Origin: the human T2T-CHM13v2.0 reference genome, Homo sapiens
Assembly (NCBI RefSeq): GCF_009914755.1
Contig: NC_060931.1
DNA: 64,000 nt
Reading direction: 5' to 3' (one strand)
Position 1 is the stretch's first letter. Each line of letters begins with the position of its first letter. A program made the translations under genes and the position numbers. This document shows positions 53,213-64,000 of this stretch, one piece after another. The notes under the pieces were generated by a model. That model searched no databases and had not been told where the DNA came from. It worked only from the letters and a program-made list of their open reading frames with translations.

Positions 53213-54114
53213 CACATTCTTTGGTGAAGCTATTGAGATGTAGGGAGCGCTGGCTAAAAAAGAAATCTGTGATTATCTGGAATAATATGTTAACTAATTA
53301 TGTGACCTCAAACAAATTTTCACTCTAAGTACTTGCGGCCTCATCTAAAATGGGGACAGGAATATCTGTCCAATTTTCTCTTACAGGTTGTTGGGAGAAC
53401 TAAAACAAGAGAAGCAATTAGAGGTGATTTTGCCTGGCAGCTCATCTGAGAATTTTTTTAAAAATGTAGATACCTGAGTTTTCCTGAATGACCAAGCAGA
53501 GCAGCTTCTCAGGGGTGAGACCCCAGTGTGTGCATTTTTAATGCTTGATCGGTGATTTTTCAAGAACAACAAACTTTGAAAACCACTATTGTAAAAATTA
53601 ATTCACTTTAAAAAGTGAAAGGAACAAATAACAATGTCTATACTCACAGACGTTGAGTGAATGTGGGATTCTTTTATAAGAAGCCCAAAGATACATCGAC
53701 ATTCATGTGAGAGTAAAGTGCTTGCTGAATAGACAAATGTTAATGGTGTTTCCTCTGCAGTCATCTGGTCCCTATCCCAACACTGGGGCACCACTCACAG
53801 TCCTCCCCATGGAAGTCACACAGAAGGGTGCTGTCCAGGTGGGTGCAGGCAGTGGCCCTGTGTCTCTGTGACCCATAGCATGACTAGGCTCTGTACACAG
53901 CCACCTTCTAAACAACCAGTAGTTTGGGAAGAGCTGAATATCTTCTCAGCGGAGCAGCTGTAGGAGACAAAAACTCAGCCCCCTTTCAAGGGGAGGTAGC
54001 TTCTCATCTAAAAAAGTCCAAGCTGCTATATCACTCTTACCTGAGCCAAATACCCAGCAGCACCAACCAGGGCAATTCAAGATTTCCTCACCTATATGTG
54101 GGGTGACCATTAAT

Positions 54115-54355
54115 AATTACAGCAAACAATTAGTTATCGAGGGCTTCCTGCGTGCAGATAGTCTTTTAAGTGCTCCCTGTAGATTAGCTTATTGCATTTT
54201 CTTGGTAACCTTATGATGCAAATACAACCATAGCCTCGGTTTTCTGGTGAGGAGAGGAAGCAGAGCACAGATAGGTAAAATAACTTAGGCAGAGACCCAC
54301 CAGCTGTCCGTGCAGAGCTCAGCTTTCAACTCGGGCCACGTGGCCTCAGAGCCTA
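54115..54355 (-). mobile_element. MIR
   Basis: aaccttatga...tttctggtgaggagagga...aggtaaaataactt...cacc.agct. Confidence 0.55.
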
Positions 54356-56949
54356 CCCTAGTGATCGAATTACACAATCCTTTGCTTTGCTGGTGGAAGA
54401 GACCTCCATTTGTTGAGCCCTTTTTGTGATTTCAAAGGCAGCTGAATTTAGCAGTTGAGCACACCTGTGGACATTCAGAAAGAATCTACAAAGAACCATG
54501 GATAACAGAACCCAGAGTGAAATCTATTTCTGCCTCTGGACACTTAATTTCACCTCTTGCTTGAACAAAGGCCATCTCAATGCGAGCAGATAGGACTGAT
54601 TCTGGCCCTCGCTAGACATAATAAAAACCTTGAACCCCAACATCTTGGGGCCCACCAAGCACCAAGGGAAAACATCTGTGATGTGAGCCCACTGTTGGTT
54701 ACTGTTTATCTGTTCTCAACAATGCCACGGATTATTATAGGGCCAAGGTCGGGGCAGATGCTGCTACCTCGTATGTGCCAGTTCCCCGTAACTGTACCTG
54801 TCAGCACCCCTTGGCACTAACCTATCAGTAAGGTCTTCAATGAACAGGCTCCACTGAGGTTTGGGTTCCTCCAGCCCTGCAGCTGCTCATATTCAATCCA
54901 GCAACAGCCTCACCAAGACTCCAGAAGCTTCAGCCCGCCTGACCCCATTGAGATAAGGTGAGCAGGAAAAAAGTCCCTCACGGAGCTCAGCGCCTAGGAA
55001 GTGCTGGCTGAGTGGCCATGGGGAATGGCGGCAGTGAGGCCCGCAGGATCTCCATAGCCGCCAACACTCTGGGATGCAAAGCTTAGAAGCTCATGCTTGC
55101 AGCTCGTCCAACCGGAAGGTGAAGTGAGAGTCCAAGAAAACCCTACCCACTTCTCTCCTCCCATTCCCTGGGGTGGGTCACACCTCCCTGCTCCAGCACC
55201 CCCAGCCCCCACAGCCCCCCAGCCCCCACCAGCAACCATCCTTTCTTGACAGAACCACAATCCCCGAGGTCCAGCCTCCTGGGCGATGTCACCTGCCTCT
55301 GGGCCAGCTCCCTGCTGTGGTCCCTCCAGCTCTCCTTCCTGAGCTCCCTTCTTCAGGCCTGCCTACTTTCTTCCAGCCTGAAAGCCTAATTTTTCGATAA
55401 GCTATTAATTAATGTTAATGACTTCACATACTTCCTTCCCAGGAAATCCATTTTCATTTTCAGAGTATTCTTAAAAGTCAAATCCCGGGGTCTGACCACA
55501 AGGACAAACCACCAAGCGTTCGACCTTTCTCTGTGGAGCTCCCAACAGCACTAGTGGAACCTGCTAAAGTTCAGCCCCCGGCCCCTGAGCAAAGCCAGGC
55601 CAACCGGGGAAGCCCTGGATAGGACCGGCCAACTTCTCAGATGGCCCAGGCAGCCATTCCAGGCTATTCCATAAGGCTAGAGCAAATTAGTTATTTTCTT
55701 GGGGTAGGAACTGTGATGAAAGGTCTCCAAGATGAAATCTGAAAAATAGGCCTTTTCAGATAGTCTTGGCTTCTTTCAATTGTTTGACAGTGTATATACC
55801 CTTGGAGAATAAGAATTTGCATCTTGCTTACCATTACTTTTCGTAGGTCATGAAACAAAGTCATATGCTTTTTTTTTTTTTTCAGGTCTGATTGTACCCT
55901 CATTTTCAAAACCAGGAATGCACAGAAAAAGACAGAAGGCAATGGCATCTTTTGACATAACGGACTATCATGACCCTCTGTAAAACCATTAACAACTATT
56001 ATAGGCGACAAATGTACAGACAGCATATATTAGGAGTAATGAACCTTATTAGTGCATTGGTTCCATATGCATATCTATGAGAAAGCAAAATTGTAACATT
56101 GGGAACAAATGAAAAGTTAAACAAAATTCTCCATATAAACTACAGTCACTGACATATAAACTACAGTCCAAAGCTGACAGACAACATTCCACATAATGTT
56201 ATAGGGACGTGGAGAAATGACTCCTCCCTCTCGAAGGCAATCTTTGCAGCTTCAAACCGTGCACAGTGACATTCTTTTAAAAAAAATTCAGAGTTAAAAG
56301 AACAACGATTTATCATTGTTTACTATATATCAAAAACACAGCCATTACCAAAGCCACAGAAAACCTTCACTTACACATTTTTATTTTCTGCATTCTAGCC
56401 CACACCTTGGAAACTGAATCCCTTTCCTTCATCGAGAGTTTCCAAAGACTTTACACTTTGGATATATTATGCCTGATCTAACAATAAAACAATGCATAGA
56501 TATCTCCCCACCAAAATGTCTATCTCAATTAATTTGGAGTTTACGAGGTTCTTGGCACAGTTCCTGACACGAAGTGATTACTCAGTAAATGTCACCCTCC
56601 TCACCCCTATGTCTCCATGAACCCAGGAAATAGCAGGTGCTTCTCCTCCGGTAGCTGTGCAGTAAATGTTGATTGATTTACTAACTGATGACAGAAAACA
56701 ATTTCAAAAATTATACTTCTTTACCATTCAGCAATCTTAACCTCAACAATGTATGGAAAGAAAAACATTGACGGTGAGGGTAAAAGCAGGTCATGACAAT
56801 CCACTCATGCTTCTACTACAGCTACCATCCTAAAGGCTTGCTGGACATTTCCAGGGTCCAGAGAGATCACTAATAGCAACAATAAGAGCTTAAGAGTAAT
56901 CTAAGCATGTTAATTGCACTAACGGCCTCAATTCTTCATGGTTCCCTTT

Positions 56950-57412
56950 ACTTACAGTCTGTGTACACTGCAGTTACTTCTGCAAAAGGGATAGAGCCTA
57001 TTTCCCCATTCTTTGGCCATGGGGCTTGCTTGGAGCCACAGAAATGAGGGGGAAGTTCCAGGGCCTGTTCTGAGCTTAGGTCTCAGGAGAGCTTGCATGC
57101 GCTTGTCATGGCCATGCAAGGACCATGCCTCCAAGTCCCAGGAGGCAGAGAAGGAGAGATGCATGGAGCAGCCCTGCTCAGAAAAGATGCCCCTGGCAAG
57201 GCCACTGCCCAGGCAGAAGCAAGCAAGCCAGTGAGCTGACACACAGTGAGGCACACCCCAGATCATCCAATATTCAGGAGGAATAGTCAGTATTCCTTCT
57301 TTTATTCCAAACCCTTCTTATTAAAGATGAAAATGCATGATTTTCATAACATGATGCTGTCTTAAGCCCACTAAGTCTTGGGGTGCTTGCATAGCAATAG
57401 CTATATGATACA
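56950..57412 (+). mobile_element. MLT1-type LTR relic carrying a foreign ~64-bp insertion
   Basis: ttggagccacagaaatgaggg.gaagt, ttctgagcttaggtctcaggaga, gagatgcatggagcag, taagcccactaagtcttggggtg.ttgcatagcaatagct. Confidence 0.65.
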
Positions 57413-60029
57413 CTAGCAAAGACATCCCCAAAGAATCACAGGACTCTGTGTTAGGAGAGTGTCACATGCGCTCAGCTTTTATCAAATGACTATTGATTGT
57501 GAGCCTGGCTAAACTGATATAATACTGATTTCTCTCTTAAAGCTTTCCTCACTGTTCCAAACTAACATACTCAGTGTCTACACAGGTTTCATTTTTTTTC
57601 CTTCCATCCTGTTATTGGGGACACACACATTAGTGAAGATTCATAAGCTCTAAGCAGTCACTTTGGATGCTATCCTGCAGCCACTAGACTGCTTCGTAAG
57701 GAGTTCTGCGGGTCACCTATGTTGATGACAGCCAAGTAGAACTGAGCAAAGCAGTTCTTGTAAAACCAGCATCAACCTCACCTTTCCCTTTACATGTAGC
57801 CTAACCTTTTGGAAGTCTCAAAATTAAGCAAGGCCCTTTTCTCCTTTCTTGAAAACCTGTTTAAGAAATCACACTTCATTCTTTTGCCCTCTTTCCTTTT
57901 TTCTCATCCCCTCAAAAGGCCCTGTTTTAGCCTGAACTCAAGGCTCCAAAACGCATGAGGGAAGCGACACTGACATTTCCAGGAAAGGAGACAGTGACAG
58001 ACTCAAGCAGAGCTGGGCCACAGGCAGAGGCAGGGTGTTCCTGTCATCTGTATTTCTCTCTTAGAAAGTGTGTTACCAACTCTCTCAGTCAAATCCACCC
58101 TCATATGCTCTGTCCTCTGGGCTTGGGCCTACCTTCTCAAGCAGTCACTCAGGCTCTAAGCAGAGATGGCAAATTGAGACACATATGACATGGCCCCTCC
58201 CTCATGTGCCTGTCATAGACGTCATGGACTGACCTCAGCATCCTCAGGATCCTCCCCAACATGGTCCCACCAAGTGATGGTTTTCACTTTGTGATCCAAC
58301 TCTATCCATCTAGATCCACCCATATTCCATCTCCTATCTGCACTCACTGAAAAATAAGCCACCAAATGACTACAGGTTTCCCAATAGTTTAGAGACACCT
58401 ACTATAGCCTAGGTATTGGGCCAGCGACTGACCCCGTACAATAATGAATGAGACATAGCCAAATTCTGCAGGAATTCTTGTCGTTGAGAAAGATTTTATC
58501 CTTGAGGGGTGTAATGTTGAGCAATGAAGACCTTTCTGGCAATGTAGCAGGTCTATAAAAGAGATATGTGGGATCAGGCCTTGCTTTTAGTCATCTACAA
58601 ATTATATTATATAGGAAGCTACTTACTACACTTCAGAGGAGGAAGCTGGTAAGAGGCCTAAAAAAGCAGTCAAGGCTCATTGTCCGTAGGATACAAAAAT
58701 ACGCATGACATGAAGAGACTGAAAGCCTGCACTGTGCTAAATGTGATGGTTCACTCAAGCTACATGTGAGCCATCTTCCTGTTTCCTCCTCTTAAACTGC
58801 ATGCTTTTGTCAGTTTGTTTACTTAAAGTGCTTTTTGAACTCAGGAATATACAAAAAGCGTTGGTAGAGTGGCAACTTGGAAAACACACACCTGTGAAAC
58901 AATACACAGTTCAAATACGTAAATGGTAAGTACCAAAAAGTGGCACAGACAATGAAACCTGTAGGAGTTCAGAAAAGCCTCCATGCTCCGTGGTAACATC
59001 TGCACAGCTTGGATGTTACCAAACCGTCTCAAGATGCCACCAGGAATGAGGAAACAATCGTCAGTATCTGCTTTCACTCCACTAGGGGAACACAAGGAAA
59101 TCACGTGGATTGCCTTCCCTCATTGCATCTTACAATTTCAAATACAGGGATTTCGCCCATTAATGGTCTACAATAGCCTTTCAAGCAAAGCCAATCTGTA
59201 GGAATTTCCAACTGTATCTTCATGACCAGAAGAAAAGAGAATAAAGCATTATTTAGAAGAGGTAAAGGCCTTGGAGGTTACCTTGCTCCATGATGGCCTA
59301 ATATGCCTTAACATTTTGACAACCCTCAGTGAAAACACTGGAAAGATTTATAAACTGCCAGCAGTGGAGCTGTCAGTTCCAACAAGCATGCCCGAGGGTG
59401 GGGAGGCAGAGTGAGGACAGCGCTCCAGATGTCTGACTGACTCCACTCTGCCAGAGCCAACCCGCTGCCATGGTTTTATGTACTGAACTTCCTTTAAGAC
59501 TTTGAAGAAAGAGCTCAATAGTTGGACATCACCAAGTCCTATCCTCTCCACAGGATGGTAACAGGGTTTACGTACATAAGTACATACATAATTGATGGGC
59601 TATTGATTAGGGCATGAAAAGACATTTTCACACCACCATTCAAGTCTTCCTCCCAGGCATGTTAGGAAAACATCCTCTGAGAAAGGTCACAGTGTTCTCC
59701 TGTGTTTCCAGAATCTTGACGGAGAGGAGCCTCTAAAATGAAGAACGGATTGCTTCTGAGCTTCCATGATGATCTATGGGACATCCGACCCTAGGCTGTG
59801 CCTCACTGCTGGGCTGATCTGCAGGGGATGTGGAAAGAGGTGAGGAGGACAGGGATGGAAGGAGCTGGGCAGCATCCTCAGGCATCCTGGGAAGAAATCA
59901 GTGTCCAAGAAGGAAACCCTTCATGAGAACTGCCCCCACCTTGTCATCTGCCTGTCCTCTGTCTCCTTATCCTCGCCCTTAGGGTGGATCTCTGGGTCTG
60001 GGTCTGGGCCCGGGCGGCAGATACCCTGA

Positions 60030-60233
60030 GTACAGTGTAGCAATGTGACTTAAAGCCTGGAGTCCATCAGTGCCCAGCCTGCCAGCTGTGACCCTGGGCC
60101 AGGGACTCAGGTTTATGCCTAGAAAAGGGAGGTCGCAGTGGCCTCTAGTCATAGAGTGCTGTTTGGATTGCACAGATGAATACGCGAAGAAGAGCAGCTG
60201 GCACCCATAAGTATCCAGGAAACGTCAGCTATT
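60030..60233 (+). mobile_element. MIR relic
   Basis: gccagctgtgaccctgggc...tcatagagtgctgtttggatt...tggcacccataagta..caggaaacgtcagctatt. Confidence 0.55.
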
Positions 60234-60940
60234 GTCAGTATTCCTTCTTTTATTCCAAACCCTTCTTATTAAAGATGAAAACTTGGAAGCCAAAATAACT
60301 TCTCTAGGTCAGGAAACTCGGCTCTTCTGATATAGAGACTGGAACCTCTGTACTCAGCCTGGCTGGTGCCAACTTGCCAGCTGGATCCTTGGCTTCCACA
60401 TACATACGCAGGGTGCATTCTCTCGCCTACTTGAGCCCTCCATAAGCATCCCTCAGTGTGGGCTGTCACCAGAACCTCTCTGCATCAGCAACCATATATC
60501 AGGCACTTAGGAGACATCAGTCAGTCATTGATTTCATCCTGCTTTCAGCAGACAGGGAGCTAAAGCCATCCTCAGTGCAGCTGGCCTCCAATCTGCAAGG
60601 AGCTAGCAAGGACACACAACCCCATCTATTGCTGGGCTCTGTGCTGAGTTTTACAGGTTTTGGGGGAATCTTTATTCCAGCATCTTGATTTGAAATGAAA
60701 ATGTCAAAATATTTTGCATCTGCGAAAGAATATTTAGTTTCTTTAGTAATTTTCCACACTGGTTCTGACAATCATAAAACATATTTGTGCTCAAAGAAAA
60801 TATTATCATGCCCGGAACCTATTCATTCTTCATCCAGACACTAAACACATATGGTATTGTAAACATTGCAAAGTAAATTTACTTAGTCTTATTTTCCCAG
60901 CTATCTTATATATATATTTTCCACCTTTGAGGAGCTTGAG

Positions 60941-61253
60941 TTTTTCTTTCTTTCTTTCTTTCTTTCTTTGAGATGGGGGCCTCACTTTGTCACCCAGGCT
61001 GGAGTGCAGTGGTGCGATCTTGGCTCACTGTAACCTCCCCCTCCCCGGGCTCAAGCAATCCTACCACCTCACCCTCCCAATTAGCTGGGACAACAGGCAC
61101 ATACCACCATGCCCAGCTAATTTTTGTATTTCTAGTAGAGACAGCATCTCACCATGTTGCCCAGGCTAATCTCAAACTCTTGAGCTCAGGCGATCCACTT
61201 GCCTTGGTCTCCCAAAATGCTGGGATTATAGGCGTGAGCCACCCCCCACTGCC
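60941..61253 (-). mobile_element. AluJ with (CTTT)n tail
   Basis: gggctcaagcaatcc, gttgcccaggct. Confidence 0.92.
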
Positions 61254-62919
61254 AAGTTTTTTTTAATGTATCTTATTTCTCCAGCCAAACTGAAGTCAAA
61301 GATAGATACTAAACTATAAAAATAGCCCCTGCCTTAAGGAGTTATCCTTCATAGGACTCTACCTCCATTCAGAGGAACACAGTGAGCACTCGGCAAGTAC
61401 TCACTAAAGAAGCCATAGATTTCAACAGTAAACGCCAAATGCATTCAGAAAAGGAAAAAGTTACTCAGTGCCCATAAGGTCAAACAAAGCCTTGCAGATG
61501 TGATGGGGCATGCCATTGTGGAGAAATAAGATATGAGAAACAAGTTTCACAGAATAGTCAACAATTCTAGATATCAGGTTTCCAAACTGCTTGCAGGGTA
61601 AGTGACCTATCTGCACCATGCTGCAGATGACCTCAGGAAATTAATTCTGCATCTGGAAGTTGTGCAAACTCAGAAAGTTGTAGCCCCAGGGAAATAACTC
61701 TCTTCTGACCCTTGTGACTCAGAAGCATTGATACTGCTCGAGAAGATTGTCCCACATCACAAAACAATACAGCTCAGGTCCTGGACAAACTCAACTCACG
61801 TGGTGCCCAATGCTCCTCCCAGAGGAGAGCGGGGCTGCCCACGTGGAACCCTGCCACAGCTGGACAGGGGCATGATGGAGCTTAGCGCTTCACCTGGAAG
61901 GAATCAGTCATCGGCCAGCCACGTTAAGTCACTTGAGAGTCTCACAGAAGCTCTTTGGCTCTCAGGCTGCCAGCTCACTCTAGTTTCTGAGTTAATGAAC
62001 AAAAGATGATGTGTGTTAATGCAAAGGCATAATTGACTCTCTATCAATGGGATTCCATTTATTCAAAAGATCACTACTTAGCACTTTAGTCTGGGGTGTA
62101 ATGAAAATTGGGGTACATTCTTCATAGACTCATGTCTTCACAGTGCTAACAGTCAAAGAGTAGCCAATTCTATAAACACCATCTGTTACAAAAGCTTTAA
62201 TAGGAGGATAAAGGGCAGTGGGTAGATGTCACTTACAGGGAGCTGTTCCTTAAAACTATAAATACCATGAAGAAAAATAGTGTAATCACTTCCCATCTCA
62301 TTACAAGTGAGTGTTTAGTTGGTTTCCTCTGATGTGCATTCCATTGCTTTCCTCAGAACCATGACCACGATGTTGCTGTCATTCTCCCTGGATACTAAGG
62401 TCTAGCATAAGGTAGTAGAGGCAGATGTCCTGAAGATTCTGAGCCTTGGTACCAGGGGATTAACTACATTTAAGGGTCTGGGATGACAGCTCCCCTAGCA
62501 TCCTTTTCTACAACCTAAAGATAGGATGTGGATCAACTTTATAAAACAATGTCAGTGGTTGCTGAGAAGAGCAAGGATTTATTCGATTACTGCATTCTTA
62601 TACCATGAAATTAAATATAGAATATTTGATTGAATATTCAGGAACTTATTTTTCAGCTAGTTCTGGCACATTTTGTTAAATATTTTTGGCAGTTTCTAAG
62701 CATAGTCAACTTTTAACATTTTCTTGCTCTCCTTTTTTTCCCTTCTACCTAGAGATACGTCTTTGTGAAGCTGAACTTGGACTGTAACCTCTTTTTGGTC
62801 TTATTTTCCTAACTGTTAAATGAAGGATGCTGATGTTCCTTCCAATTCTCACAGTCGGTGACTCGGTGGCAAGGCAGACCTAGACAAGACACTGTCACCT
62901 TCGCGGAGACATCCTGATG

Positions 62920-63200
62920 GTGCTGGACCTTTCTTCAGGTTCTCTTTCACATGTCCCTTCAACAGGGCGACCTTCCATGATCTCACTTCTGAAATCAACA
63001 CTCCTCATCACTCCTTGTTCCTCCCTTGATTTTTCTCCTTAGCACTCCTCAGCAGCTGCCCAGTGCTTCTCTATTCTTTTCTCCTCTTATTAAAATGTAG
63101 GTGGCATGAACGCAGACCTGCCTCCCTTGTAGCCTGCTATAACCCCAGCACCCGAACAGCAGTGCTGCATGTAGTAGACGTCTAGGAGCTTTTTGTTGTT
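62920..63200 (+). mobile_element. L2 3' relic
   Basis: ccttccatgatc...tttctccttagcactc...aaatgtagg...catgaacgcagac...tataaccccagcacc.gaacag. Confidence 0.55.
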
Positions 63201-63312
63201 GGATGTTTGATAAATGCATTTGCCTTATCTGATTGTTGGATGCCTTAATTTTTGTGTGCTTAAGAGGAGAGCTGTGTATAAATGAGCATTCTCAGTTTGA
63301 ATACAAAACAGG

Positions 63313-63342
63313 TGTGTGTGTATGTGTGTGTGTGTGTGTGTG
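63313..63342 (+). repeat. (TG)n microsatellite
   Basis: Direct observation. Confidence 0.9.
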
Positions 63343-64000
63343 CTGTGCACCCTCATACTCAAAGAGAATAAAAAATCCTCTATTATAGGGAAGCAAGCTG
63401 GAAGCAAGGAGATGGGCCTTAAGTGATCACCAGGTGAATGCCTGGCTTACAGCAGGTGCTCAATAAAACATGGGATGAATGAAACTGACATAGAAACTGT
63501 GTGTTATTTACTCGTTCACCAGATAAACAAGATGTGGCTGAAGACTCAGACATAATGGGAAGTGAATATTTAAAAATAAAATAGAGTAAAACAAGGTTCC
63601 CAGCTTGACCTTGGCTCAGAAAAGTTTGAGCTCTTCTGAGCTTCACCCAGAAGGAAGCTCAATCCCAAAGCCAGAAGCAGCGCTGGTGAGTGGGGAGTGG
63701 AGTGAAGATCTAGCATCTAGCCACTGCATTTCATGGTGGGGTTTCCCTCCAATTTAACCTTGGAGGACCACACCATGATTTCCACTATAGGACCTGTCAT
63801 GTTTCATTGCCATGGTGGTTGCAATGAACATATATAAGCAAGTACAATATTCAGACATCCTGAAGTAGTCATTAGTGTCATTGAATGGAGAGAGAGAGAG
63901 AGAGGCATAAAGATTTTCCATTTTTTAAATTCAGAGACAATATTACCTTCCAAAAAAATTGCCTTGTCATTTATTTTAGTGATATTGCTATGGTTGAGGG

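Noticed and set aside
53827-53850. RE1-like ggtgctgtcc
   Set aside because: Half-site only; the second half does not match

Overview
Primate (almost certainly human) genomic DNA, rich in Alu, L2, MIR and LTR relics. The only recognisable protein-coding piece is the first coding exon of the long DPP6 isoform (minus strand, 7846-8088, intact ATG and GT donor) inside a ~2.3 kb CpG-island promoter. It differs from the DPP6 protein as I recall it at four residues (A20T, G37S, G64D, E79K). Together with the minus orientation, this suggests the inverted 7q36.1 segmental-duplication copy of the DPP6 5' region rather than DPP6 itself. This is an inference and needs alignment. The most unusual structure is 1-3743: a composite higher-order tandem array in which LTR-less HERV-E-like pol fragments alternate with a GC-rich ~80-bp hairpin satellite. 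The satellite looks like a GC-shifted SATR1/2 unit, and the array has nested periods of ~80, 388, 748 and 2748 bp. The rest (10-64 kb) is non-coding upstream/intronic sequence. It holds 14 near-full-length Alus plus a monomer (one near-consensus very young AluY), old LTR/DNA/L2/MIR relics, microsatellites, a few candidate CTCF/AP-1/ARE sites, a 32-bp hairpin minisatellite and a perfect 48-bp templated insertion. There are no prokaryote-type systems. Repeat-family names are assigned by eye from remembered consensus sequences.
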